Origin: Alphaproteobacteria bacterium
GTDB lineage: Bacteria > Pseudomonadota > Alphaproteobacteria > Bin95
Assembly: GCA_964291285.2 (NCBI GenBank)
Contig: OZ219786.1
Span: forward strand, 352,001-416,000
DNA length: 64,000 nt
Direction: 5' to 3'
Positions 51,881 to 62,280 of the stretch are shown in pieces (the stretch's first letter is position 1; each line of letters starts with the position of its first letter). Under the pieces are notes generated by a model. That model had not been told where the DNA came from. It searched no databases and saw only the letters and a program-made list of their open reading frames with translations. The translations under genes were made by a program, and so were the position numbers.

Positions 51881-54805
51881 ATGTCCGACACCCGTCTGAT
51901 CGAGCGCTGGCTTCCGATTGCGGCGCTTGGGATCGAGAGTGTGCGGGAGCGGACGCCGATGACGCCGTTTCCGGCGCCGAACCGTCTGCATGTCTGGTGG
52001 GCGCGTCGGCCTCTGGTTGCATCGCGTGCGGCAGTTCTGGCGTCGCTGCTGCCGGCGGATGCGGACCGCGACAGGTTCCTTCATGTGCTGGGCATTCATG
52101 GCGACCCGGTGGCTGCGAAGCGGCGGATTGCTATCGCCACTCGAAAGGGAGAACGCCTTGGAGCCGGCGCCTACGGGTACCCGCGCGCCTTTGGCTACAC
52201 GCCGGATACCGCAGACAAGGACTGGGTGTCCTCGTCGCTGCACGGAAGGATGAATGTTCTCGACCCGACAGCGGGCGGGGGCAGCATACCGTTCGAGACG
52301 GTTCGCCTCGGCCTGGAAGCTGCCGCGAATGACCTGAACCCGGTTGCAGCTCTGATCGAGCGCGCCACGCTCGAATGGCCAAGCAACTACGGGGCCGAAA
52401 TCAAGGCGGTCTTCGAGGAGGTTGGCGGCAGGTTCATATCCGCCGTTCGCGAGCGCCTTGCGGGAACTTTCCCGGCGGAACCGGAGGAGGACACCCGACC
52501 GGACGGTTACCTCTGGGCTCGGACGATCACGTGTCCGTATTGCGCGGGTCTGGTTCCTTTGTCTCCGAATTGGCGGCTGGCGCCGGACGGCACCGGGGTC
52601 CGGCTGAAGCCGGAGACGGGCGCGGGGCCGGGGTCGGCTGGCCGGGTGTGCTCGTTCGAGATCGTGAGCGATGCGCGGGACCAGTCGGCAGGCACGGTCT
52701 CGCGCGGGGCGGGGGCCTGCCCGTATGCAGACTGCGGGCGTGTCATCGACGGCGACGAGATCAAGCGCCAGGCGCGGGCCGGGGCCATGGGCGAGCAGCT
52801 CTACGCGGTGGTCTGCAAGCGGCGCGTGCCGGGCAGGATGCTGAAGTCCGGCAGGCGGGGCCGGGACAGGTGGGTGCGCGGTTACCGGGCGCCGCGGCCG
52901 GAGGACGACAACGGCGCGGCCGTCCGGGCGCGGCTCGCGGACAAGCTTCCCGAATGGGAGGCGTTCGACATCATCCCCGGCGAGCGGTTCCCCGAGGTCA
53001 GCAATGATGACCGGCCGATACAATACGGGATGCCCTACTGGCGCGACCTGTTCTCGCCCCGGCAGCTTCTGTGCCACGGCACGAGCGTCGAGATCTTCCG
53101 GGAGATGCTGGAGGCTGACCGCGAGGCCGGCAGGCTGGCCGACATCCGCCGGGCGGCGTACGGGTACCTGGCTTTGGCGTTGGATACGTTGCTCAACTAT
53201 AACAATCGGGCCGGTCGCTGGGACCAGTCAACCGGTCGCGTCCGTTCCATATTCGACCGTCATGATTTTGCCTTTGTCTGGTCTTATGCCGAAATGGCGC
53301 CTTTGGTAACCGGCGTGGGATATGACTGGACCATCGAGAAAACCGCCAAGTGCATCGACGAACTCGTGTCGCTTGTCCGTCCGCAAGCCGGCGGCGATGG
53401 CAGTCTGTTCGCCGCCGAACACAAGCCGCCTCCGGTCACCGTCACCTGCAAGTCGGGCGACAGCCTCGACCATGTCGCGGACGGCAGCATCGACGCGGTG
53501 GTCATGGACCCGCCCTATTACGACAACGTCATGTATGCGGAACTCTCGGACTTCTTCTATGTCTGGCTGAAGCGCACCGCCGGGCGTGTGTTTCCGGACC
53601 TGTTCCGGCGCGTCCTGACCGACAAGGAGAGCGAGGCGGTGGCGAACCCGGCGCGGTTCCGGGGCGAGAAGGGGGCAAAGGCGCTGGCGGGCCGCGACTA
53701 CCGGGAGCGCATGGCGTCGATCTTCGCCGAATGCCGCCGGGTGCTGAAGCCCGACGGCGTGATGACGCTGATGTTCACGCACAAGGCGACAGGGGCCTGG
53801 GACGCGCTTGCCGCGGGCCTGATGGAGGCGGGGTTCACGATCACCGCGTCCTGGCCGGTCAACACCGAAGCCGAGGGCAGCCTGCATATCCGGGACAAGG
53901 CGGCGGCGAACAGCACGGTTTTCCTGGCCTGCCGTCCGCGCGCGAACGACGCCGACACGGAGCAGGGCCTCTACTGGGAGGATGTGGAGCCGCAGGTGGA
54001 GCAGGCCGTCCGGCGGCGGATCGGTGAGTTCCAGGAGGCGGGGATCGCCGGGGTGGATCTCTATCTGGCCTGCTTCGGCCCGGCGCTCGAGGCGTTCTCG
54101 CGCCACTGGCCGCTCAGGCGCGGCTCCCCGCGCGAGATGCCGGAGGAGCGGCGCCGGCGGCGGCAAATACCGTTCGAGGACGAGTGGGACCCGTATGCGG
54201 CGACGCCGGAGGACGCACTCGACGCCGCGCGCCGCGAGGTCAAGCGCTGGCGGCTGGAGACACTGACGCACATGAAGGCCGATTCCGACCTTGACGCCCC
54301 GACCGCCTTCTTCGTGCTGGCGTGGGATGCATTCAAGGCGCCGGCGTTCTCCTATGACGAGGCGTTGCGGCTGGCCCGCGCCGTGGGCGCGGACCTCGAC
54401 CGCGGCATCGTGGGCCGGCTGGGCGAAAGGAAGGGCGGCGACATCCTGTTGTGGGACAGCGCGCGCCGGGCGGCCAAGGGAACGCTCGGCCCCGCCGACG
54501 GTTCGCGCGGCATGATCGACGCCATTCACCACGGCGCCAATCTGGCGCGCCTGCGCTCGCTGGACGCCGCCCGGGAGTTGCTCGCGGATGCGGGGATGGA
54601 CCGAAACCCTCGTTTCTTCACGGCGCTTGAAGCTGTGCTTGAGGTGCTGCCGGTGTCCGGGGCGTTCACGGGCATCGCCCTCGAAGGCGAGGCGGCGGCT
54701 TCGGGCAACGACTTCGAGGCTCTCTACAAGCTGAGCCGGCTGGCCTACAGCGAGCATGTCGATGAGCCGGAACAGCTCAGGCTCTGGCGCGACGACGAAC
54801 ACTGA
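51881..54805 (+). CDS. DUF1156-type adenine DNA methyltransferase with zinc finger
   Basis: LHVWWARRPL, SAM motif DPTAGGGSIP, CPYC/CPYADC and catalytic DPPYY. Confidence 0.92.
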   Translation: MSDTRLIERWLPIAALGIESVRERTPMTPFPAPNRLHVWWARRPLVASRAAVLASLLPADADRDRFLHVLGIHGDPVAAKRRIAIATRKGERLGAGAYGYPRAFGYTPDTADKDWVSSSLHGRMNVLDPTAGGGSIPFETVRLGLEAAANDLNPVAALIERATLEWPSNYGAEIKAVFEEVGGRFISAVRERLAGTFPAEPEEDTRPDGYLWARTITCPYCAGLVPLSPNWRLAPDGTGVRLKPETGAGPGSAGRVCSFEIVSDARDQSAGTVSRGAGACPYADCGRVIDGDEIKRQARAGAMGEQLYAVVCKRRVPGRMLKSGRRGRDRWVRGYRAPRPEDDNGAAVRARLADKLPEWEAFDIIPGERFPEVSNDDRPIQYGMPYWRDLFSPRQLLCHGTSVEIFREMLEADREAGRLADIRRAAYGYLALALDTLLNYNNRAGRWDQSTGRVRSIFDRHDFAFVWSYAEMAPLVTGVGYDWTIEKTAKCIDELVSLVRPQAGGDGSLFAAEHKPPPVTVTCKSGDSLDHVADGSIDAVVMDPPYYDNVMYAELSDFFYVWLKRTAGRVFPDLFRRVLTDKESEAVANPARFRGEKGAKALAGRDYRERMASIFAECRRVLKPDGVMTLMFTHKATGAWDALAAGLMEAGFTITASWPVNTEAEGSLHIRDKAAANSTVFLACRPRANDADTEQGLYWEDVEPQVEQAVRRRIGEFQEAGIAGVDLYLACFGPALEAFSRHWPLRRGSPREMPEERRRRRQIPFEDEWDPYAATPEDALDAARREVKRWRLETLTHMKADSDLDAPTAFFVLAWDAFKAPAFSYDEALRLARAVGADLDRGIVGRLGERKGGDILLWDSARRAAKGTLGPADGSRGMIDAIHHGANLARLRSLDAARELLADAGMDRNPRFFTALEAVLEVLPVSGAFTGIALEGEAAASGNDFEALYKLSRLAYSEHVDEPEQLRLWRDDEH

Positions 54806-54808
54806 CCC

Positions 54809-57800
54809 ATGTTGCGGGATCGCGCATGGCGCCTGAAATACACGCCCGAGGACGGCGACCTTGTCCGGCTGTTCTACGTTCCCGCGCTTGAGGACGCGGA
54901 GCGCTACGACCGGCTGACCGGGTATTTCAACGCCGGGGCGCTGGCGCTGGCGGCGCGCGGCATCGAGGGGCTGGTGCGCAATGACGGCCGGATGCGGCTG
55001 GTGGTCGGCTGCACGCTGGGGCCGGACGAGATCGGGGCGATCCGGCGGGGGGACGACCTCCGCGCGCTGGTCGAGCGGCATTTGGCGCGCCTTCCGCTGG
55101 CCCCGCCCGACCCGGCGGCGGCAGACGCGCTGGAACTGCTGGCGTGGATGGTCGCGGGCGGGTTTCTCACGGTCAGGGTCGCCGTGCCCTGCAACGCCGC
55201 AGGAGAGCCGGTGGCCGACAGCGGGATCTTCCACGAGAAGACCGGGATCATTGAGGACCGGACCGGCGACCGGCTGGCCTGGACCGGCAGCGTCAACGAG
55301 ACCGGCGCCGGCTGGCAGACCAACTGGGAGAGCGTCAGCGTCTATACCAGCTGGGGACCTGAGCCGGGGCGGGTCGATGCGGAGGAGGCGAATTTCGCCC
55401 GCCTCTGGGCCGACAGGGCGCAGCGCGCGATCGTGCTCGACGTGCCGGAGGCGGCGCGCCGCGACCTGATGCGCTTCATGCCGAAGACGGGCCGGCCGGC
55501 GCGGCTGGAAGGGGAGCGCGCACACGAGCGGTTAAAGCCGCCCGCACGCCGCCCGGACCTCCGGCCCGATGACGGCGCCGACCCGCCGCCGGCCGGTACG
55601 CTGCGCGCGCGGGTCTGGGCCTTCATCCGGGAGGCCCCGTCGCGGCCGGGCGGCGGCGTGCGGGTTGGCGAGGCGACCGCGCCGGTCGATCCCTGGCCGC
55701 ATCAGGCGCGGGCATTCGAGCGCCTGTACGGCAACTGGCCGCCCCGGCTGCTGATCGCCGACGAGGTGGGGCTGGGCAAGACCGTCCAGGCCGGGCTGCT
55801 GCTGCGCCAGGCATGGCTGGCGGGGCGGGCCAGGCGCATCCTGATCCTGGCGCCGAAGGCCGTGCTCGGCCAGTGGCAGGTCGAGCTGCGGGAGAAGTTC
55901 AACCTGAACTGGCCGATCTACGACGGCGGCAAGCTGGCATGGCATCCCTCCCCGGCGTTGCGGGGGCGCCATGAGCGCGACGCCGGGCGCGGGGAGTGGC
56001 ATCGCGAGCCGGTGGTGATCGCCTCCAGCCAATTGATGCGCCGGAGCGAGCGGCAGGCGGAGCTGCTGGAAAGGGCGGAGCCGTGGGACCTTGTGGTGCT
56101 CGACGAGGCGCATCACGCCCGGCGCCGCGCCCCCGGCAGCCAGCAGGAAGGCGGTCCCAACGCCCTGCTCCGGCTCATGCGCGGCCTGAAGGACCGCACG
56201 AAAGGCCTGGTCCTGCTGACGGCGACGCCGATGCAGGTGCACCCCGTCGAGGTCCACGACCTGCTCGACCTGCTCGGCTTGCCGCCGGAATGGCATGAAC
56301 GGGCGTTTCTCGGCTTCTTCGACGATCTCGAACAGCCGAACCCTTCGGCGGCGGCACTGGAGCGCATGGCTTCGCTGTTCCGCGCGGCCGAGCGCGCCTA
56401 TGGCGAGGTCGGAAGAGCGGAGGCGGAACGCCTGACCGGCCTCTCCCGGTTGAAGGCCGGCAAGGCGCTGCGTGCTCTGCGCGACGAAGCGGGCATTCCG
56501 CGCCGCCGGCTTGAGAACGACGAACGCCGGGGCGCGGTCGCGCTCGCACGGGCCGGCGCCCCGGCGCGCAGGCTGATCTCGCGCAACACCCGCGAACTGC
56601 TGCGGCGCTACTTCCGGGAAGGGACGATGACGACGCCGATCGCGGAGCGCCGGGTCGAGGACCGCTTTCTCGACATGACAGACGGCGAGCGGGCGCTCTA
56701 CGACGCGGTCGAGGACTACATTGCCGGGGCATACGGCCGGGCGAGCGGGAAGGAACGCACGGCGGTCGGGTTCGTCATGACGATCTACCGCCGCCGGCTC
56801 GCCAGCAGCTTCGCGGCGCTGCGCGAGACGCTGCGCAAGCGCCGCGACGCCATCGCCGGCGACGTGCGCGCGAACCTCTTCGGCCTCGACGAGGATTTGC
56901 CGGACGACGACGCGGCCGAAGAGGCCACCGACACCGACGATGCGGCGGGCCTCGAACGCAGGGCCCTCGCCCTCGAACAGGCTGAGGAAATCGACCGCCT
57001 GCTCGGCGCGGTCGGGCAGCTTCCGCCGGACAGCAAGCTCGACAGCCTGAAGGGCGTCCTGCGCGAATTACGCCGGGACGGCTACCGCCAGGCAATGGTC
57101 TTCACCCAATATACCGACACCATGGATTTCCTGCGCGACGCCCTCCTCGAGGACGGCGAGTGGACGCTGCTGTGCTTCTCCGGGCGCGGCGGAGAGGCGC
57201 CCGGAGCCGACGGCGCATGGCGCGGCATGAACAGGGACGATGCGAAACGGCGGTTCCGCGAAGGGCAAGCCGATATCCTGCTGTGCACCGACGCCGCGGC
57301 CGAGGGCCTGAACTTCCAGTTCTGCGGCGCAGCGGTCAATTACGACATGCCGTGGAACCCCATGCGGGTCGAACAGCGCATCGGACGCATCGACCGGCTG
57401 GGCCAGACGCACGCGACCGTCCGCATCGTCAACCTGCACTGCAAGGGGACGGTCGAGACCGACATCTACCGCGCGCTCCGCGAGCGCATCGGCCTGTTCG
57501 AGACCGTGGTCGGGCGCCTGCAGCCGATCCTGGCGCGGTTGCCCGGCGCGATATCGCAAGGCGTGCTCTCGGGCCGGGGCCGGGACGCGCGCGGACGCGC
57601 CGGCCTCGTCGCCGCCATCGAACGCGAGGCGGACGACGCCCGGGGCGCAGGGTTCGATATCGATGCCCTGACGCAGGACGATCTCGCCATGCCGGTGCGC
57701 CTGCCCCCGATCGTGACCATGGAGGATCTGGACCGGATCGTCGCAGCGCCCGGCCTCATGGCGCCAGGCATCGAGGTCCGGCCGATGAGGCGGCGCGAAT

Positions 57801-57991
57801 ACGGGTTGCTGGCGCCGGGCATGAGCGAAGAGCTGCGGGTGACGACGGACCCGGAGTATTTCGAAGATCATGCCGGGAGCGTGGAGCTCTGGTCTCCCGG
57901 CAACCCCCTCTTCATCGCCCCGGAGTGCGCCGACAGCGTGGAGCCGGACCCGTCCTGCGAGACGCTGAAGGACATCCTCGACGGCGGGTGA
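54809..57991 (+). CDS. PLD-nuclease plus SNF2 helicase fusion
   Basis: FHEKTG...GSVNET (HKD-like), ADEVGLGKT, LDEAHH, LTATP, EGLNFQ and WNPMRVEQRIGRIDRLGQ. Confidence 0.92.
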   Translation: MLRDRAWRLKYTPEDGDLVRLFYVPALEDAERYDRLTGYFNAGALALAARGIEGLVRNDGRMRLVVGCTLGPDEIGAIRRGDDLRALVERHLARLPLAPPDPAAADALELLAWMVAGGFLTVRVAVPCNAAGEPVADSGIFHEKTGIIEDRTGDRLAWTGSVNETGAGWQTNWESVSVYTSWGPEPGRVDAEEANFARLWADRAQRAIVLDVPEAARRDLMRFMPKTGRPARLEGERAHERLKPPARRPDLRPDDGADPPPAGTLRARVWAFIREAPSRPGGGVRVGEATAPVDPWPHQARAFERLYGNWPPRLLIADEVGLGKTVQAGLLLRQAWLAGRARRILILAPKAVLGQWQVELREKFNLNWPIYDGGKLAWHPSPALRGRHERDAGRGEWHREPVVIASSQLMRRSERQAELLERAEPWDLVVLDEAHHARRRAPGSQQEGGPNALLRLMRGLKDRTKGLVLLTATPMQVHPVEVHDLLDLLGLPPEWHERAFLGFFDDLEQPNPSAAALERMASLFRAAERAYGEVGRAEAERLTGLSRLKAGKALRALRDEAGIPRRRLENDERRGAVALARAGAPARRLISRNTRELLRRYFREGTMTTPIAERRVEDRFLDMTDGERALYDAVEDYIAGAYGRASGKERTAVGFVMTIYRRRLASSFAALRETLRKRRDAIAGDVRANLFGLDEDLPDDDAAEEATDTDDAAGLERRALALEQAEEIDRLLGAVGQLPPDSKLDSLKGVLRELRRDGYRQAMVFTQYTDTMDFLRDALLEDGEWTLLCFSGRGGEAPGADGAWRGMNRDDAKRRFREGQADILLCTDAAAEGLNFQFCGAAVNYDMPWNPMRVEQRIGRIDRLGQTHATVRIVNLHCKGTVETDIYRALRERIGLFETVVGRLQPILARLPGAISQGVLSGRGRDARGRAGLVAAIEREADDARGAGFDIDALTQDDLAMPVRLPPIVTMEDLDRIVAAPGLMAPGIEVRPMRRREYGLLAPGMSEELRVTTDPEYFEDHAGSVELWSPGNPLFIAPECADSVEPDPSCETLKDILDGG

Positions 57992-58175
57992 AGGGGCGCC
58001 GCAAGGCCCCCGTCTAGCGAAGTCTCAAATCCCGACGCCGAGCGGAAGGTGGCCCCGCCGCATCGCTTACGATGGCAGTCCTGAAGGGCCATTTCTCACT
58101 ATCGCCAAGCGGCGTCCACAGCCCAATCTGAAGTAGCACTTGTACAAGCCAAGGGCTGGTGGAAGAAGCGTCGTG

Positions 58176-59612
58176 TCAACAATCCGCGAGCCCTTTCGCG
58201 ACCGCATCGCGAAGATCTTCTGGAAAGAAGCACAACCGTCGACGAACATAGCTCCTGAATTTGATAGAGTCTCCTTCTGGCCTGACCCTTATCGGATATC
58301 GCTTCTCGACCGGACGCACCATTGAGGAGCTCGATGCGCGAACGATAATCTCACCGCCCAATGGAGCATCAACTCTCTTGAGCATGCTACATGTGAGCAC
58401 CGTGCTCGCACCGTGTCTAAATCTTTCGCATTCGTAAGAGATATCAGGAACTGCCCCATCGCGATCAGGTAGATTTCTCCTATAGAAATCGAATGGGTTT
58501 TTGCGACGCATATCTTGCTGCTCGAAGAAACTTAGAAAATTCGTAAATCGCTCAACTCCAGCTGGCGGTTCGGGTGCCCCGATTTTCATTTGAAGAAACG
58601 ACTGGACGAGATTGTTTTTAAGGAATCCGTATCCGTTAGACGTACTGAAAGTGATTTCGACATCCTCCGCAAACGCTTCACCAGCGTTTGCCACCTTTAG
58701 CAGCACCGGTGTCACACAACTAATTTTCTTTAATCTCTCTGGTAGCCCTCTCGACCACGCGAGCACTTCTCCTCTGTACTGCTCATACTCTTCGCAGTAT
58801 CGGTCCACATTCTCCACAGTTACTGACAAGGGGTTGACATACAAATTGAGTCTGCTTTGTGCGCTCTGCAAATTATGTCGTCGTAACAACTCGTCGCGAT
58901 CAACACCCGGATTTTCTTCGAGAATCGCTTGACCAACCCTTTCAAGAAATTCACTGGGAACCGCTTGTTCATCCAACGTCTCAAATACAACTGCGTCTTC
59001 TTCCTCTTCGTGCAAATTTAGGAATAACCTCGGCATTGCGCCAACCTGAAGCTCTAACTCCTCTATTCGCTCATCACGCCAGTCCCTCGGTTCCGTACGT
59101 CGCCATTCCTCTGCTGGTCGAGCCACGCGGATACCCATCTCACGAGCGGTTCGCCGAGCATTGTTATCGTCGGCGAGGAACACCGCATCGACAAAGACTT
59201 TGGTGAACTTCACGGCCTCAGCGACAATCAAGTCATCCGCAACTTCAAAAGACAGCTTCCCTTCGTCCAATTCATTGCGCGCATACCTCTCCATCAGACA
59301 AAGGCTTAGCTCGACATGGTCGTTTTGTAAACTCGCATTTGTCCCGTCTCCATCTTCGATCATTTTCAAGAGTTTGTTGAACTCGAATGCCCGCCGGCGA
59401 AGGCGGCCCGTTCCCCTCTTATGTTTGTCCATCTCCCTGACAACCGTTGCCGGCACGACGATCCGTACCGACCTTGCGTTCGGGCAAAAAAGCCTCCAAT
59501 TGATCCGCTCTAGGGACTGAAACTCTACTAAGACGTTGGTATCCACGACGAACGTGACGCTTTCGTCTTCGATGAGCCGATCCGACGAGTATACTGGAGA
59601 CAAGCCATCCAT
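58176..59612 (-). CDS. Large PIN-domain protein
   Basis: N-terminal FVVDTNVL, VPATVVREMD, ADDLIV and FLADDNNAR; ~290-aa unknown C-terminal region; low GC. Confidence 0.82.
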   Translation of the reverse strand: MDGLSPVYSSDRLIEDESVTFVVDTNVLVEFQSLERINWRLFCPNARSVRIVVPATVVREMDKHKRGTGRLRRRAFEFNKLLKMIEDGDGTNASLQNDHVELSLCLMERYARNELDEGKLSFEVADDLIVAEAVKFTKVFVDAVFLADDNNARRTAREMGIRVARPAEEWRRTEPRDWRDERIEELELQVGAMPRLFLNLHEEEEDAVVFETLDEQAVPSEFLERVGQAILEENPGVDRDELLRRHNLQSAQSRLNLYVNPLSVTVENVDRYCEEYEQYRGEVLAWSRGLPERLKKISCVTPVLLKVANAGEAFAEDVEITFSTSNGYGFLKNNLVQSFLQMKIGAPEPPAGVERFTNFLSFFEQQDMRRKNPFDFYRRNLPDRDGAVPDISYECERFRHGASTVLTCSMLKRVDAPLGGEIIVRASSSSMVRPVEKRYPIRVRPEGDSIKFRSYVRRRLCFFPEDLRDAVAKGLADC

Positions 59613-59776
59613 CCGCTGCTTTCCTTGAGTCTAAAGGCCCCGCTCTCGCAGACCCCAAGTTATCATCATGTTGACCTGTAACCCTTTACCTTTCCTCCTT
59701 GGGCAGGAGGAAGTCGTCTCACGCAAAACTCACCGGTTTCACTCGACTCGATCCGATCTATCCGCCGATCACGCGG

Positions 59777-60459
59777 TCACTCACGGTTCGGCCGTGCTTG
59801 GACCACAATGGCTTCGACACCGATGTCCGCCTCAATCATGTTCGATACCGGAGTGTGCAGGTCGACTTCGCTGTCGTCTGACCGCAGGGAAAGGACGAGG
59901 GAATAGCGTGTTCTCTGTGCCCGCACATCCGCATTCGCGCGGTTGCGCCACCAACCGCCGACCGGTTTGATGCATATGAGATTACGCGTGAGCAGATTCA
60001 CCGCTGGTCCGGTCCATTCATCGCTATGCAGGGAGCCTGCGGACATCGAGTTCGGTCCGAACAGCCACCCGTCATCGTCATTCTGCGCCCGTGGACGTTC
60101 CTCCGGGTGATCCCACGCTTCCTTGTTCACCCGCTTCATGAAATCCTGGGCCGTCTCGGAGCGTCGCTTCAAGTCGAACCGCAGCCCGTGCGACTGATAC
60201 CTGTACGGATCGAACGAAGCGGACGAACCTGGATTTGGTTCCACGAAATACGACAGCGTGACTTTCAGACTGACATCTCGGTCGCTAAGCCCTTCAAGTG
60301 CCTCACGCGGCCATGGAAGCGAATAGAAGTGGCATTCCTTCATGCCCCTTCCACTTCGACTGTAGGGCTGGATTTCCGCTTCGGAGACGAGTGCCAGATG
60401 ATTCCTCGCTGACGCTGCCGCGCGTTCGAAGGTCGGCACACCATAACCGTAGCGCCTGA
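59777..60459 (-). pseudogene. C-terminal part of an S8 subtilase (Y4bN/IetS-like) interrupted by IS701
   Basis: RRYGYGVP, LPWP, KVTLSYFVEPNP, YQSHGLRF, GSLHSD and PVGGWW; the frame is cut at the IS701 TIR at 60460. Confidence 0.8.
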
Positions 60460-62277
60460 GCTCGACTTTGTACAAAATTACCTCACGTCCATGTCCAGAA
60501 GATCTCGTTTTTGGCGATTTCGTCGAGGGCCTGTTCGAGCGGGAGCACGATGCCCCCCATGTCTCCGACGTCCTGCCAGGACTGGCGCCAGGACCAGTAG
60601 CGCACCCTCATCTTGTCACCTGAGCCTTTCGGCTGGAGCCTTGCGATCGGTGCCTGCGTGGCCGTGAGATACAGATTGTAGCCGCCGCGCACCCTGGTGA
60701 CCGTCACGCCCCCGCCCCTGGATTTGTTGAACGCTTCGATGCGCGCCAGACAGGGGTCGGATGCGGCCATGAAGCAGTGATATCGGATTGGATGGCTTCT
60801 GTCGCTGCAGCGATGCTGATTCACCCGGTCGCATGCGGGCGCCCTTGCATGCCGGATGCTTCTGGATTCGAAGGTCGTCATGACACATTTCGACGACCCT
60901 TCGAGCGCCATCGGCGATCCGGTTCCGCCGTTCCTGATCGACTGGCTGGAGCCCTTTCGAGGCGCCTTCTCATCCCCGACCTGGCGGCTGGTGGCGGTTC
61001 TGGTCATGGGAGCGTTGCTGGCGCCGGGCAAGAGAACCGTGTCGGCCTGCCTGCGGGTGACCGGGCGGGCGATGTGCGAGACATTCTCGTCCTACCATCA
61101 GGTTCTCAATCGCGCCCGCTGGGACCCGCGTGACCTTTCACGCCGGCTCGTGCTCGTGCTGGTGGCGCGGCTTGCCGGGCAGGGACCGATCATCATCGGG
61201 CTCGATGACACCATCGAGCGCCGCTGGGGCGCGCGTATCAAGGCGCGCGGCATCTATCGCGACCCGGTGCGTTCCAGCCATGGCCATTTCGTCAAGACCA
61301 GCGGGCTGCGCTGGCTCAGCTTCATGCTGCTTGTCCCGCTGCCCTGGTCGCCGGGCATCAGGGCCCTGCCCTTCCTGACCATCCTGGCCCCGTCCGAACG
61401 CTTCGCCGCCAGGCAAGGCCGGCGTCACAAGCAACTCACCGACTGGGCGCGACAGGGCATGCTTCAAATCCTTCGCTGGGTCCCGCAACGCGCGATCGTC
61501 TTCGTCGCCGACAGCAGTTTCGGAACCCACGAACTCGCCTGGCGCATCGGACAGCGCGCAACCCTCATCAGCAGGCTGAGGCTCGATGCCAACCTCTTCG
61601 CGCCCCCGCCGCCGCGCGACCCGAACAAACGCGGTCGACCCCGGCAAAAGGGGCCGCCCCTGCCCAAGCTCCAGACCCGCCTTGACGACCCCGATGCCCG
61701 CTGGACAAGCATCACGCTTCCGCGCTGGTACGGAAGTTCGAAGGAAAAGACACTCCAGATCATCTCCGATACCGCGCTCTGGTATCGTCCCGGCACACCT
61801 CCCAAGGCCATCCGATGGGTGCTGGTGCGAGACCCGGAAGGCGAGCGGGACCCGCAGGCGTTCTTCTGCACCGACACCAACATGGAGCCGGCCAAGATCA
61901 TCGCCACCTTCGTGCGGCGCTGGCAGGTCGAGGTCACCTTCCAGGAACTGCGCGCCCATCTCGGGCTCGAAACACAACGCCAGTGGTCACACGCGGCGAT
62001 CGCACGAACCACCCCCGTCCTCTGCGGGCTCTACAGCCTCGTCTGCCTCTGGGCCACAGACGTGCTCTCGACAAACCACCTGTCCTACGCCGCCGCCTGG
62101 TACCAGAAAACCAGCGTCACATTCTCCGATGCAATCGCGGCCATACGATGCCAACTCTGGCTTGGAAACAATTTATCGCGCTCCCCGCCACACCGGGAAC
62201 CAAACATAATTCCGCCCGACAAGATAAGGCGGATGCAGTACGCCCTCTGCTTCGCAGCATAATGCACAAAGTCGAGC
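60460..62277 (+). mobile_element. IS701-family element with transposase (60856/60880-62262) and a divergent passenger ORF
   Basis: TIRs GCTCGACTTTGT / ACAAAGTCGAGC; LDDTIERRWG, RDPVRSS, VADSSF and RRWQVEVTFQE. Confidence 0.9.
60483..60770 (-). CDS. 95-aa passenger protein inside IS701 (DUF3024-like by eye)
   Basis: MAASDPCLARIEAF...PIARL...YWSWRQSW...LEQALDEIAKNEIFWTWT; lies wholly between the TIRs in both IS copies. Confidence 0.6.
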   Translation of the reverse strand: MAASDPCLARIEAFNKSRGGGVTVTRVRGGYNLYLTATQAPIARLQPKGSGDKMRVRYWSWRQSWQDVGDMGGIVLPLEQALDEIAKNEIFWTWT

Positions 62278-62280
62278 TCA

